Assembly: GCA_031460175.1 (NCBI GenBank)
Contig: JAVKGW010000001.1
Span: forward strand, 403,021-467,020
Length of the DNA: 64,000 nt
Direction of reading: 5' to 3'
From: Candidatus Sysuimicrobium tengchongense
GTDB lineage: Bacteria > Sysuimicrobiota > Sysuimicrobiia > Sysuimicrobiales > Sysuimicrobiaceae
Below the pieces are notes generated by a model. That model saw only the letters and a list, made by a program, of their open reading frames with translations, made no database searches and was not told the DNA's origin. Below, in pieces: positions 1-9,647 of the stretch. Both the position numbers and the translations under genes were made by a program. Numbering within the stretch: the first letter of the stretch is position 1; every line of letters begins with the position of its first letter.

Positions 1-470
1 CCGTCTCGGGGACGAACCGGTGACGAGGCAGCCCGGAGAGGTCCACCTTCACCAGGGGCCGCAGGACCGCTTCCGACGCCGGCCCCTGCACCGCCAGGAG
101 GGCGAGTTCCTCCGTCGCGTCCACCACCTCCGAGGCCGCGTGGGTGCGCAGCCACGCGAGATCCGCCTCGCGTCGGGCCGCGTTCCCCACCACCAGGAAC
201 CGGTCCTCCGAAAACCGCAGCACCAGGAGATCGTCCACCATCCCCCCGGCCTCGTTGCACATGGGGGTGTAGAGGGCCTGTCCGTCCACCAACCGACGGG
301 GGTCGTTGGCGAGCAACCGGTCCAGGTCCTCCAGGGCCCTCGGTCCCCGGACCCAGAACTCGCTCAGGTGGGAGATGTCGAAGACCCCGCAGGACGTGCG
401 CACCGCCCGGTGCTCCGCCAAGATCCCCTGGTACTGCAGGGGCATCTCCCACCCCGCAAAGGCCATCATG
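1..470 (-). CDS. gcvT: Glycine cleavage system T protein (aminomethyltransferase), N-terminal 156 aa; gene runs off the window start
   Basis: Reverse-strand translation from ATGATG at ~470 gives MMAFAGWEMPLQYQGILAEHRAVRTSCGVFDISHLSEFWVRGP..., the canonical GcvT N-terminus. It is absent from the ORF track because no stop lies inside the window. Confidence 0.8.
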
Positions 471-524
471 CGGGCCTCCAGTCGGAGGTGATGCGCGTAC
501 AAGGGCGTGCGGGCGAGCCGTCCG

Positions 525-1202
525 TCACGCATGGATCTGCGGCCCTGGTCCGGCCCCGGAACGGTGCCAGGCGGCGTTCAGGATCGCGCACACCTCTTCG
601 TCGGAGACCTGTCGGAAGTCCTCGTAGAACTGCCCCACGGCCATGAAGTACGGGTCCTCGTGGACGCACACCACCTCGTCCGCCTCCTGCTGGAGGCGGC
701 GCACGCTCTCCGGAGGGGCCACGGGGACCCCCACCACCACCCGGCCCGCCTTCTTCGCACGCGCGGACCGCACCGCGGCGATCATGGTGGAGCCCGTGGC
801 GATCCCGTCGTCCACCAGGATCACGGTACGTCCCTCCACGCGGGGAGGGGGCCGATCGCCCCGGTAGGCCCGCAACCGACGCTGGATCTCCGCCATCTGA
901 AACGCCGCCTCCTGATCGATGTAGGCCTGGTCCACCCGCAGTGCCCAGAGGCTGCGCTCGTCCAGGTAGAGGCTCCCGTCCTCCGCCACCGCGCCGACGG
1001 CCAGCTCCGGGTTCTGCGGGGCGCGCAGCTTCCGGGGGACGATGATGTCGAGCTCCGCCCCCAAGGACGCCGCCACCTCGTCCGCCACCACCACACCCCC
1101 CCGCGGGATCCCCAGGACCAGCACGTCCTCCTCCGGTGCGACCCGGGGTCGGAGGGCCGCGGCCAGGACCCGGCCCGCGTGGTGGCGGTCCCGGAACACC
1201 AA
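525..1202 (-). CDS. Phosphoribosyltransferase-domain protein
   Basis: 225-aa ORF with a PRTase fold signature (VILVDDGIATGSTM, PRPP-binding loop). The overlapping antisense ORFs in this region are GC artefacts. Confidence 0.7.
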   Translation of the reverse strand: MVFRDRHHAGRVLAAALRPRVAPEEDVLVLGIPRGGVVVADEVAASLGAELDIIVPRKLRAPQNPELAVGAVAEDGSLYLDERSLWALRVDQAYIDQEAAFQMAEIQRRLRAYRGDRPPPRVEGRTVILVDDGIATGSTMIAAVRSARAKKAGRVVVGVPVAPPESVRRLQQEADEVVCVHEDPYFMAVGQFYEDFRQVSDEEVCAILNAAWHRSGAGPGPQIHA

Positions 1203-1211
1203 GGCCCCCTC

Positions 1212-1691
1212 CTACCGGACCGCTTGGGTTCGCCGGACGTCTTGGGCCATGGCGATGGCCTCCTTTTCTTCCACCGACAAGGGATGGGAGGGGGTCCCGT
1301 TGACGAGGGTCTTCGCGTACGCCCGCACCGCCTCCCGGCCATTGAGGACGCTCAGCACCACGCCATCGCCCTTCCCGTCCAGGAGGGCCAGGGCAAAGGA
1401 AACGCGGCCGCCCACGTCCTCGAAGGCATCGAACCGCACGAGTCCCACCCGCTGGACGCACCGGCTGAGCTGCTCCCCCAGCTCCGCCAGGGAGGCGCGC
1501 GTGCTCTGGAGATCGGCCCGGAGCTCCTCAAGGCCCTGGCGGTGCTCCCGGAGCTGTTCCGCTAGAGCATCCTCCGTGCTGGCCCGGGCCACCTGCACCA
1601 GCCGTCGCACCCACGCGCCCAGAATCCCCACGAACACCAGGAGGACCCCCGTGATCGCCCCCAGTACCCAGACCAACACGTGCTCCCTCAT
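1212..1691 (-). CDS. DUF4446-like small membrane protein
   Basis: 159 aa with an N-terminal TM helix (VLVWVLGAITGVLLVFVGILGAWV) followed by a coiled-coil. Confidence 0.55.
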   Translation of the reverse strand: MREHVLVWVLGAITGVLLVFVGILGAWVRRLVQVARASTEDALAEQLREHRQGLEELRADLQSTRASLAELGEQLSRCVQRVGLVRFDAFEDVGGRVSFALALLDGKGDGVVLSVLNGREAVRAYAKTLVNGTPSHPLSVEEKEAIAMAQDVRRTQAVR

Positions 1692-1730
1692 GGCGCTCCT
1701 CCGTAGAGTTCGCGGTTCAGCCCGGGCGTC

Positions 1731-3182
1731 CTACCGGTTCGTGTCCGCCTCCCGGAGGAGGTCCGCGAGCCGCTCCCGGAGAAGTTCCCAGCACCGGCGC
1801 ACGTGCCGGTGCTCCGTCCGCAGGTGTCCGATGGCCAGCCGGAGCACGAGACGTCCATCCAGCCGGGTATGCGAGAGGTACGCTTCCCCCGTGCGGTTCA
1901 CCGCCTCCAGGAGCTGCTCGTTGAGGGCGTCCAGGGCCTCCTCCGGAACCCCCCGTGGGCGCGCGCGGAAACACACGGTACTGAAGGGCACGGGGGCCAT
2001 CCGTTCGAAGTCTGGATCCTCGTCCACCCACCCCGCGAACTCCCGGGCGAGGGCGATGTGACGACGGACCATCTCCCGCAGCCCTGAAGCGCCGAACATC
2101 CGCAACACCATCCACAGCTTCAGAGCCCGGAACCGCCGACCGAGCTGGATCCCATAGTCCATGAAGTTCACCGCATCCTCCTCCGGGGTGCGGAGGTACT
2201 CGGGCACGAGGCTGAAGGCCCGCCGCAGGACTTCCGGTCGACGGGTGTAGAAGGCGGAGCAGTCAATGGGGACCGTGAGCCACTTGTGGGGGTTCACCAC
2301 GAGGGAATCCGCCCGTTCGCACCCCGCGAGCACGTGCCGCTTCTCGGGGAGGATGGCAGCGACCCCCGCGTAGGCCGCGTCCACGTGCAACCAGATCCCG
2401 TACCGCTCGCAGATCTCCGCGATCTCCGGAACCGGGTCCACGCTGGTGGTGGAGGTGGTCCCCACCGTGGCCACCACGCCCGCGGGCCGCCACCCTGCCC
2501 GCAGGTCCTCCTCGATGGCCTCCGCTAAGGCGTCGGGCCTCATGCGGAACTCCCCGTCCACGGGGATCTTCCGTACGCCTTCCTGCCCGAACCCCAGCAC
2601 GATGGCGCCCTTCTCGATGGAGGAATGGGCGTGCTCGGAGGTGTAAATGCGCAGCCGAGGGAGATCCGGCCTCCCCGCCATGCCCTGTTCCCGGATTCCG
2701 AGGCCAAGGGACTCCCGGGCCGCGGCCATGGCGCACAGGGAAGCGACGGACGCCGTGTCCATGATGATCCCGAACCGGGGCGGAAGTCCCAAGAGCTGCC
2801 GCAGCCAGTCCAGGGTAACCTCCTCCAGCTCCGTGGCCGCGGGGCAGGTGCGCCACAGCATCCCGTTCACGTTCAGGGCCGCACACAGCACCTCCCCCAG
2901 CACGCCGGGCGCGGAGCCCGTGATGGCGAAGTAGGCGAAAAAGCCCGGGTGGTTCCAGTGCGTGATCCCCGGCAGGAGGATTTCCTGGAAGTCTGTGAAG
3001 ATGCGCTCAAAGGGCTCCGGATCCTCCGGGGGGGAGGGGGGAAGCTTCTCCCGGATCTCGCCGGGCCGCACCCGCGCGAGGACCGGGTAGCGCTCGCTGT
3101 GGTCCAGGTAGTCCGCGATCCACCGTCCGAGTCGCTCAAGTCCCTGCAGGAAGAGTTCTCCCTGTGGCCGTATATTGCTCAT
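1731..3182 (-). CDS. Pyridoxal-dependent (group II) amino-acid decarboxylase
   Basis: 483 aa with aromatic-L-amino-acid/glutamate decarboxylase family motifs (HWNHPGFFAYF, the NPHKW PLP-lysine motif). Confidence 0.85.
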   Translation of the reverse strand: MSNIRPQGELFLQGLERLGRWIADYLDHSERYPVLARVRPGEIREKLPPSPPEDPEPFERIFTDFQEILLPGITHWNHPGFFAYFAITGSAPGVLGEVLCAALNVNGMLWRTCPAATELEEVTLDWLRQLLGLPPRFGIIMDTASVASLCAMAAARESLGLGIREQGMAGRPDLPRLRIYTSEHAHSSIEKGAIVLGFGQEGVRKIPVDGEFRMRPDALAEAIEEDLRAGWRPAGVVATVGTTSTTSVDPVPEIAEICERYGIWLHVDAAYAGVAAILPEKRHVLAGCERADSLVVNPHKWLTVPIDCSAFYTRRPEVLRRAFSLVPEYLRTPEEDAVNFMDYGIQLGRRFRALKLWMVLRMFGASGLREMVRRHIALAREFAGWVDEDPDFERMAPVPFSTVCFRARPRGVPEEALDALNEQLLEAVNRTGEAYLSHTRLDGRLVLRLAIGHLRTEHRHVRRCWELLRERLADLLREADTNR

Positions 3183-3232
3183 TTACAACCCTCCCGGGAA
3201 AGCGGTCGCACCCGCGGCGCTGGAAGGCGGTC

Positions 3233-4480
3233 ATGGTCCTTCTCCGGGGAACCCGACGGCGCCCGGCCCCTTCCCCGCGGTGGAAGGAGGTCGGGGAGGG
3301 AACGCAGGCAACCCATCGCCGGGGCTACCGGGCTTTCGCCGCCGGCCTGGGCCTGACCGGGCTCGTGGCCACCGGGCTCGCCGTACGCGCCCTTCCGCAT
3401 CTTCCGCGCGGCTATGTTCTCTTCCTCGTCCTCGCGCTCCTTGGAGGCTTCGTCGTCGTCCGCCTGCGTTCCGGTCTCCTCCTCTCCCTCCAGGTCCCCC
3501 TCGCACCCGTCTGGCTATACGGATGGCCCGCGGCTCCGCCCCTCTTCTTGCTTTCCCTCCCCGCCCTGGTCCTCCTCCATCGTACGACCTTCTGGCGAGG
3601 GTTGGTGTACTTCGGGGGTGGAACCGTCTGGTCCCTCCTCGCCGGACTCGCGTTCCAGCATGTGGTCCCTCGGTTCCGGCCCCCTTGGGGGGAACTCGGC
3701 GGCATGGCCCTGGGAGGCACGGTGTACGCGGTAGGCACCGTACTCACCGTCGCCGCAGGCCACTACCTCGCCACGGGCCGCCTGGACCCCCTCTCTCCGC
3801 GGGGCCTTTTGGGGACGGGTGGGGTGGTGTTTCTGGTCGCCGGTCCCCCCTCGTACCTGATGGTGCTGGCCACGCAGAACCCTTCTCAGCCCCACCTGCT
3901 CACCCTCGCCATCTGGCTCCTCACCGCGATGGCGCTGAAGGGGTTCCTGGAGACCCGGGAGGCCAATACCCGGTTGCGGGAGGCTCTCACGGAGCTCCAG
4001 CAGCTCTCCGTCACGGATCCCCTCACGGGCCTCTTCAACCGCCGCCACTTCATGGAGATCCTGGAGCGGGAGATGAGCCGGCACGGCCGATACGGGCAGC
4101 CCTTTTCCTTACTGCTCCTCGACGTCCGCAACCTCAAGCACATCAACGACACCCGGGGACATCCCGCGGGCGATGCCGTGCTCTGCTCGGTGGCGGACGC
4201 GCTCCGCGGCCGGCTGCGTAGGAGCGACCTCGCCTTCCGCATCGGCGGGGACGAGTTCGCAGTCCTCCTCCCTCACACGGACCCCCAGGGGGCGTACCGC
4301 CTCGCCCTTGGCCTCTACGACCGGCTCCGCGCTCAGGATCCCCTCGCGGACGTCACCATCGGCGTGGCCGGGTTCCCCGCGCACGCCCGGGACCCCACCT
4401 CCCTCATCGCGGCCGCGGACGCAGCCCTCTACCGGGCCCGGGCCGTCGGGGACCCCGTGGGGATCGTGCAATCGCCTTAA
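3233..4480 (+). CDS. Membrane-anchored diguanylate cyclase (7 TM + GGDEF)
   Basis: Its C-terminus matches the GGDEF domain (DPLTGLFNRRHF...RIGGDEFAVLL) and about 7 predicted TM helices precede it. The ORF-track start at 3164 would overlap the divergent decarboxylase start, so I chose the ATG at ~3233, which has a GGAAGG Shine-Dalgarno. The start is uncertain. Confidence 0.7.
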   Translation: MVLLRGTRRRPAPSPRWKEVGEGTQATHRRGYRAFAAGLGLTGLVATGLAVRALPHLPRGYVLFLVLALLGGFVVVRLRSGLLLSLQVPLAPVWLYGWPAAPPLFLLSLPALVLLHRTTFWRGLVYFGGGTVWSLLAGLAFQHVVPRFRPPWGELGGMALGGTVYAVGTVLTVAAGHYLATGRLDPLSPRGLLGTGGVVFLVAGPPSYLMVLATQNPSQPHLLTLAIWLLTAMALKGFLETREANTRLREALTELQQLSVTDPLTGLFNRRHFMEILEREMSRHGRYGQPFSLLLLDVRNLKHINDTRGHPAGDAVLCSVADALRGRLRRSDLAFRIGGDEFAVLLPHTDPQGAYRLALGLYDRLRAQDPLADVTIGVAGFPAHARDPTSLIAAADAALYRARAVGDPVGIVQSP

Positions 4481-4534
4481 GCGGACGAGGGCTTCGGCCG
4501 CCCCTCCAGCTCGCCGCCTCACGGGAAGGGATCT

Positions 4535-4623
4535 GTGGCGGAGGGGGTGGGACTCGAACCCACAAGGGCTTGCGCCCACCGGTTTTCGAGACCGGCCCCT
4601 TAGCCAGTTCGGTGCACCCCTCC
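4535..4623 (-). tRNA. tRNA-Ser(CGA)
   Basis: The reverse complement reads GGAGGGG...CCGGT-CTCGAAA-ACCGG...long variable arm...GGTTCGAGTCCCACCCCCTCCGCCA. It has a 7-bp acceptor stem, a T-loop GGTTCGAGTCC, anticodon CGA with U33/A37, and an encoded CCA. Confidence 0.85.
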
Positions 4624-4713
4624 GGCCCTATTCTACCTGGATTCCGACCTCCTGCACCGTCTCCGCCACCGCCCGGCCTTGGGGGGGAGGCTTTCGAGGG
4701 AGGCACGGGTGCC

Positions 4714-5514
4714 CTACCCTTCCAGCAAGGCCTCCACCCGGAAGGCCCGGGCGAACAGCGTGAGGCCAAGGGCCACCGCGCCCACCCCGAGGAGCAGGGC
4801 CGCGCCCCCCACCTTCGCGGGGTGCACCTCGGGCCGGAGGGTGACGAACAGGAGGGATCCCATGGCGGGCGCTATGGCCAGGAACTGCCCCAGGGTACTG
4901 GCCGTTCCCACCCGGAGGGGGCCGAGGGAGGGGAAGGCGAGCGCAACCGTGGACGCGATGAGGTCTGCCCACAGGGCCATGGGGAGCGGCACGAAGAGCG
5001 CGATGCCCAGGTAGAAAGACGGGATCCGCGGGGCGCCGAGCCGGTTGAGCCCCAGGACGGGGAGTCCGATGGCCACCGCGGTGAGCACCGCCCACGAGAG
5101 GGCCACCAGGAGAAACGAGCTGAAGAGGAACGCGGCGAAGATCTCCCGGGGCCGGTAGGGCGCGCTGAGGAGGAGTTCGAGCCCTCCCCGGGCCGCCTCG
5201 CTCGTGACCGTGGCCTGGGCCAACACCGCGCCTGCCACCGAAGCCAGGACCCCCACCAGGTACGGTCCCTGCACCACCACGAGCGCCAGGGCCACCACGA
5301 GGGGATCGTCCGGAAGAGGGCCCACCAGGATCCCGAGTCCTTCCCGCAGGCGCACCGTGACCCCTCCTCCGGGGAGGTAGACCGGTGCCAGCATGATGGC
5401 GAGGGCGAGGATGCCGTAGCCGAGGGGCGCGAGGGCGAGCTTCCCCTTTTGGTCCCGGATCACCCGCCACAGGAGGGCCCCGCACAGACGTCCGGCATCC
5501 CTGAGTTCACGCAT
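4714..5514 (-). CDS. ABC-2 family transporter permease
   Basis: 266 aa measured from the internal ATG, with six hydrophobic helices. Its start overlaps the stop of the upstream ATPase by about 8 nt. The 5' part of ORF 4714..5871 is a read-through artefact. Confidence 0.65.
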   Translation of the reverse strand: MRELRDAGRLCGALLWRVIRDQKGKLALAPLGYGILALAIMLAPVYLPGGGVTVRLREGLGILVGPLPDDPLVVALALVVVQGPYLVGVLASVAGAVLAQATVTSEAARGGLELLLSAPYRPREIFAAFLFSSFLLVALSWAVLTAVAIGLPVLGLNRLGAPRIPSFYLGIALFVPLPMALWADLIASTVALAFPSLGPLRVGTASTLGQFLAIAPAMGSLLFVTLRPEVHPAKVGGAALLLGVGAVALGLTLFARAFRVEALLEG

Positions 5515-6420
5515 CCGCCGAATCCTCCAGGAGCCCGAAGTACACCTCCTCCAGGGGACTTCCGAGGCCCGCCGCCTCCCACACCTCCAGGCCTGCCTCC
5601 ACCAGGGCCCGCACGAGTCGCCCGACCTCCTCGTCCCCACCCACCTCCACCACCCACCGGCTCCCTTCTCGGGTACCTTCGACTCCCAGCCGCGCGAGAA
5701 CCGACCGCGGATCTCCTCCCACCCGCAGCGCCACCCGCCGCCTCGGGGCAAGGCGGCCCCGCAGCTCTTCCGCGGTCCCCCGAGCCAGGATCCGGCCCGC
5801 GCCCAGCAGCACCACGTCCTCCCCCAGCTCGCCCGCCTCGTAAAGGTTGTGGGTGCTGACGAGGATGGCACATCCCGAGCGTGCCAGGTCCCGCATGAGG
5901 GCCCGCATGGCGCGAGCGGCCTCGGGATCCATCCCGGCCGTGGGTTCGTCCAGGAGCAGGACCCGGGCTCCCTGCAAGAGCGCCCGGGCCGCGGCCACCC
6001 GCTGGGCTTGGCCCCGGCTCAGGGTTCCCGCACGGCGGGAGGCGAGGTCGAGCACGCCGAGTCGCTCCAGGGCCGCCTCGATCCCGGCCTGGCGGATTCC
6101 CGAGGGCATCCCCAGGATCCGGGCCCAGAACTCCAGGTTCTCCCGGACCGTGAGGCCGGGATGCAGGGCGGGACGGTGGGGGAGGTAGGCGACGTGGCGC
6201 TTCGCGTCCGGATCCCGGTGGACGTCCTGGTCGAGGATCCGGACGCGGCCCGATCGGGGCGGGAGGACCCCGGCGCCCACCCGGAAGAGGGTGGTCTTGC
6301 CCGCGCCGTTCGGCCCCAGGACCACGTGCAGGCCCGGGCCGAACTCCGCGGTCACCTCCCGGAGGACCTCGGATCTCCCGTAGCCTGCGCAGACCCCATC
6401 GAAGGCCAGCACCGCTTGCA
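5507..6420 (-). CDS. ABC transporter ATP-binding protein
   Basis: Walker A GPNGAGKTT, the LSRGQAQRV signature, and Walker B LLLDEPTAGMD. The GTG start is preceded by GGGAGG. The remainder of the 1158-aa ORF 5507..8983 is antisense to the APC permease and is spurious. Confidence 0.8.
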
Positions 6421-6451
6421 CCTCCCCATGGCCCGGAGTATATAGGCAATT

Positions 6452-8308
6452 GTGCTGCGCACACGAGCCATCCCCGCGGCCCTGTGGCGGGCTCTTATCG
6501 GAAGCCCCCTGGAGACCCAGCGTCTCCGGCACGAGCGGCTCACGAAAGTGAAGGGGCTCGCGGTTTTCGGGGCGGATGCCCTCTCCAGCAGCGCCTACGC
6601 CACGGAGGAGATCCTCCGCGTCCTGATCCTGGCGGGGACCGCGGCGGTCGCCCTCACGGTCCCCGTCTCCCTGGCCATCGTGGGCCTGATGGCCATCGTG
6701 GCGTTCTCCTACTACCAGACGATCCACGCCTACCCGAGCGGAGGGGGAGCATACATCGTGGCCCACGAGAACCTGGGCATCCTGCCAGGCCTCGTGGCGG
6801 CCGCCGCGCTCCTGGTGGACTACATCCTCACGGTGGCCGTCAGCATCTCCGCGGGCGTGGCCGCCATCACCTCGGCCCTCCCGGAGCTCTTCCCCTACCG
6901 GGTGGAGCTCGCGCTCGGATTCATCGCCCTCATCACCCTGGCGAACTTGCGCGGCGTGCGCGAATCGGGGACCATCTTCGCCATCCCCACCTACTCCTTC
7001 ATCCTGGCCTTCGGCGGGACCATCCTGGCTGGCCTGTGGGCTTGGAGCAGCGGAACGCTTCCCCACGCGGAGTCCGGATCTCCCCCTCCCGCTACCTCCC
7101 CCCTCACCCTCTTCCTCGTGCTCCGGGCCTTTGCCTCCGGCACCGCAGCCCTCACGGGCATCGAGGCGGTGAGCAACGGCGTGCAGGCCTTCTATCCGCC
7201 CGAGGCCCACAACGCCAGCCGGGTGCTCATCCTGATGGTCAGCCTCCTGGGAAGCTTCTTCTTCGGCACGAGCTTCCTGGCTCGGGAGATGGGCATCCTT
7301 CCCCGGGAGGAGGAAACCGTGGTCTCCCAGATCGCCCGGGCCGTCTTCCAGGGAGGTTGGCCGTACTATGCCGTCCAGGCAGCCACCATGCTCATCCTCG
7401 TGCTGGCGGCCAACACGGCGTTTGCGGACTTCCCCCGCCTGAGTTCCATCCTGGCCCGGGACCGCTACCTCCCCCGACAGCTCGCCAACCTGGGGGATCG
7501 CCTCGTGTTCGCCAACGGGATCCTCCTGCTCGGCATCACCGCATCCCTCCTCATCGTGGCCTTTCGGGCCACCGTCCACAACCTCATCCCCCTCTACATG
7601 GTGGGCGTGTTCGTGGCGTTCACCCTCTCGCAGGCGGGCATGGTGCGTCACTGGCTCCTGGAGCGCACGGGCCGCTGGCGGCTGAAGCTCGGCATCAACG
7701 CGTTCGGGGCCCTGTGCACCGCGGTGGTCGGCGTCGAGGTGGCGGTGGTGAAGTTCCTGGACGGTGCATGGATCACCGTATTCGTGATCGGCGCCTTCGT
7801 CCTCCTCATGCGGGCGGTCCACCGACACTACGAGGACGTGGCCCACCAGCTCTCCCTGGAGCACGCGAAGCCTCCCCGACCCTTCAAGGCCCACAAGGTC
7901 ATCGTGCCCGTGAACGCGGTGCACCGGGGCATCCTGGAGGCCCTGCGGTACGCGAAGGCGGTGAGCGACGACGTCACCGCGGTGTACGTGGAGATCGAGC
8001 CGGGTGCCCGGGAGGAGATCGAGCGGAAGTGGGAACGCTGGGTTCCGGACATCCCCCTCGTGGTCCTCCCCTCCCCGTACCGCTCCGTGGTGGGCCCCAT
8101 CCTCCTCTACCTGGATCAGGTGCAGCGGGAGGCGGGGCCCGAGACCGCCCTCACCGTGGTGCTGCCCGAATTCGTGCCCCGGAAGTGGTGGCACCACTTC
8201 CTCCACAACCAGACCGCCCTCATGCTGAAGTTCGCCCTGCTCTTTCGCCAGCGCAGGCTCCGGCGGTACAAGGTCCTGGCGGACGTGCCGTACTACCTCA
8301 CCAAGTAG
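6452..8308 (+). CDS. APC-superfamily permease, KimA/YdaO-like (K+ or amino-acid transporter)
   Basis: 618 aa. The N-terminus is KimA-like (LIGSPLETQRLRHERLTKVKGLAVFGADALSSSAYATEEIL). It has 12 TM helices and a cytoplasmic C-terminal domain. Confidence 0.8.
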   Translation: MLRTRAIPAALWRALIGSPLETQRLRHERLTKVKGLAVFGADALSSSAYATEEILRVLILAGTAAVALTVPVSLAIVGLMAIVAFSYYQTIHAYPSGGGAYIVAHENLGILPGLVAAAALLVDYILTVAVSISAGVAAITSALPELFPYRVELALGFIALITLANLRGVRESGTIFAIPTYSFILAFGGTILAGLWAWSSGTLPHAESGSPPPATSPLTLFLVLRAFASGTAALTGIEAVSNGVQAFYPPEAHNASRVLILMVSLLGSFFFGTSFLAREMGILPREEETVVSQIARAVFQGGWPYYAVQAATMLILVLAANTAFADFPRLSSILARDRYLPRQLANLGDRLVFANGILLLGITASLLIVAFRATVHNLIPLYMVGVFVAFTLSQAGMVRHWLLERTGRWRLKLGINAFGALCTAVVGVEVAVVKFLDGAWITVFVIGAFVLLMRAVHRHYEDVAHQLSLEHAKPPRPFKAHKVIVPVNAVHRGILEALRYAKAVSDDVTAVYVEIEPGAREEIERKWERWVPDIPLVVLPSPYRSVVGPILLYLDQVQREAGPETALTVVLPEFVPRKWWHHFLHNQTALMLKFALLFRQRRLRRYKVLADVPYYLTK

Positions 8309-8344
8309 CCCCGCGCGCCCCCGGCGCGCTACACTCGGGAGGGC

Positions 8345-8872
8345 ATGGGGCGTTGGTCCTCCGTCCTGCTGGTGGCCTGCCTGGGACTCCTGGCCTGCCA
8401 GAGTCCCCGCACATCGCTCGTGGAGTACCGGAACGCGGAACTGGGCATCGCCCTCCGCCACCCCCAGGGCTGGGACGTTCTCGTCGCGCCGGAGGGGAAC
8501 TGGGTCCAGATCGTCCCGTCCGGGGCGGGACCCCACCCGGATCCGTACCGGTACGCGGAGTTCATCAGCGTGCGGGTGTTGGTTGGCCAGGTTTCTTCCT
8601 CCGAGGAGGTCCTCCGGCAGCTCGCCTTCTCCCTCCTTCCCTTCCACGGGGTGGCGAAGTTCCAGCGGGAGGAGGTTCCGGGACCCGAGCGCTACCGCTT
8701 CGAGGGGACCGGAACCGCGGCGGAGGCCCAGTGGGCGGGGATCGGACTCCTGGTGGTGGACCCCGGGCGCGTCGTGCACGTGGTGTGCGCAAAGCCCGTC
8801 GAGCGGTGGCGTCAGGGGCAGCGGGAGTGCGACGCGGTCATCGGGAGCGTGCAACTGCTCACCGGGCGGTAG
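8345..8872 (+). CDS. Putative lipoprotein
   Basis: Signal peptide with lipobox (LLVACLGLLAC|Q) and a GGGAGGG Shine-Dalgarno 6 nt upstream of the ATG. Confidence 0.55.
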   Translation: MGRWSSVLLVACLGLLACQSPRTSLVEYRNAELGIALRHPQGWDVLVAPEGNWVQIVPSGAGPHPDPYRYAEFISVRVLVGQVSSSEEVLRQLAFSLLPFHGVAKFQREEVPGPERYRFEGTGTAAEAQWAGIGLLVVDPGRVVHVVCAKPVERWRQGQRECDAVIGSVQLLTGR

Positions 8873-9647
8873 GCGGGAGGACGTGGGTCTGGACGACGCG
8901 GCCGCCCCCGTGCCGGGCGATCCGCTCGCCGAGGGTCCGCACGTGATCCGCCATCCGGTGAGCGGGATATGAGAGGGGCGCAAAGATCACCGCGAGGCAC
9001 CGGCGCGTGCCTTCCGTGATGGCGGTGCGCAAGGAGTCGTTGGTGGGTCCTCCCATGGGGCCCTCCTCGTCCGCCACCACCAGCCGCCCCTCCGCCCGGA
9101 AGGTGCCCTTTCCTAAGGACTCGTAGGCCTCGCCCGGCCCGCCGAGCCGCACGCAGACCTCTCCCCGCACCCGATCCAGGTCGTAGAGCCCGATGGGAAG
9201 GAGGAACTCCAGGGAGCAGAGGTTCACCACGTCCACCAGCAGGTTGATGCGGGGAAGGCCGTCTCCCCGTAGGACGCGACGCAGGAGGGCCTCTGAGGAG
9301 GGCCGGTTCTTCGTGGGATCCTCCCCCAGCAGCCGGTACAGCTCCCGGGCATGCCTCAGGGCCTCGATCTCGCCGGGCGGCCTGCCCGCGTACTTCCCGC
9401 GGAGGGCCTGCTGGAGCCCCATCGCCTCTGCCCAGACCTCCGGGGCCTCCCGGGTCGTCCGGAGGTCTTCCGCGTGCACCACGCCCAGACGGACCCGCTC
9501 CGCGAGCTCTGGGGCGAGCTGGACCTCCACCCTCGCACCTCCGGAACCGGGATGGTCCTCGATCCGCAGCTTGATTTTGCCCCACGTGTCTGGAATGGTG
9601 GAATGGAGCCCACGCGCGGGAGGGTATGCGCTTGACATGACCGCCAC
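8859..9647 (-). CDS. B3/B4 (tRNA-binding-like) domain protein
   Basis: 262 aa with similarity to the PheT B3/4-domain family. The start is uncertain because it overlaps the divergent MBL start by ~11 nt. Confidence 0.55.
   Translation of the reverse strand: MAVMSSAYPPARGLHSTIPDTWGKIKLRIEDHPGSGGARVEVQLAPELAERVRLGVVHAEDLRTTREAPEVWAEAMGLQQALRGKYAGRPPGEIEALRHARELYRLLGEDPTKNRPSSEALLRRVLRGDGLPRINLLVDVVNLCSLEFLLPIGLYDLDRVRGEVCVRLGGPGEAYESLGKGTFRAEGRLVVADEEGPMGGPTNDSLRTAITEGTRRCLAVIFAPLSYPAHRMADHVRTLGERIARHGGGRVVQTHVLPPTAR

Noticed and set aside
471-524. Glycine riboswitch upstream of gcvT
   Set aside because: Only 54 nt separate the gcvT start from the preceding gene's stop. This is too short for a tandem or single glycine aptamer. 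gcvT is probably co-transcribed with the PRTase gene.
20-1565. Multiple overlapping 200-350-aa ORFs on both strands at the window start
   Set aside because: All overlap the gcvT 5' end or the PRTase gene in wrong frames and are proline/arginine/glycine-rich artefacts.
8309-8332. GC hairpin gccccgcgcgcccccggcgcgc after the KimA-like gene as a terminator
   Set aside because: It forms a stem but no T-run follows, and the next gene's Shine-Dalgarno starts about 5 nt later. It may only be an RNA structural element and was not listed as a feature.
6421-8983. Upstream 855 aa of the 1158-aa minus-strand ORF 5507..8983
   Set aside because: Only the C-terminal ~300 aa (ABC ATPase) have domain content. 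The rest is antisense to the well-supported KimA-like permease and is low-complexity R/G/P/H-rich. It is a typical GC-rich stop-codon-poor artefact.
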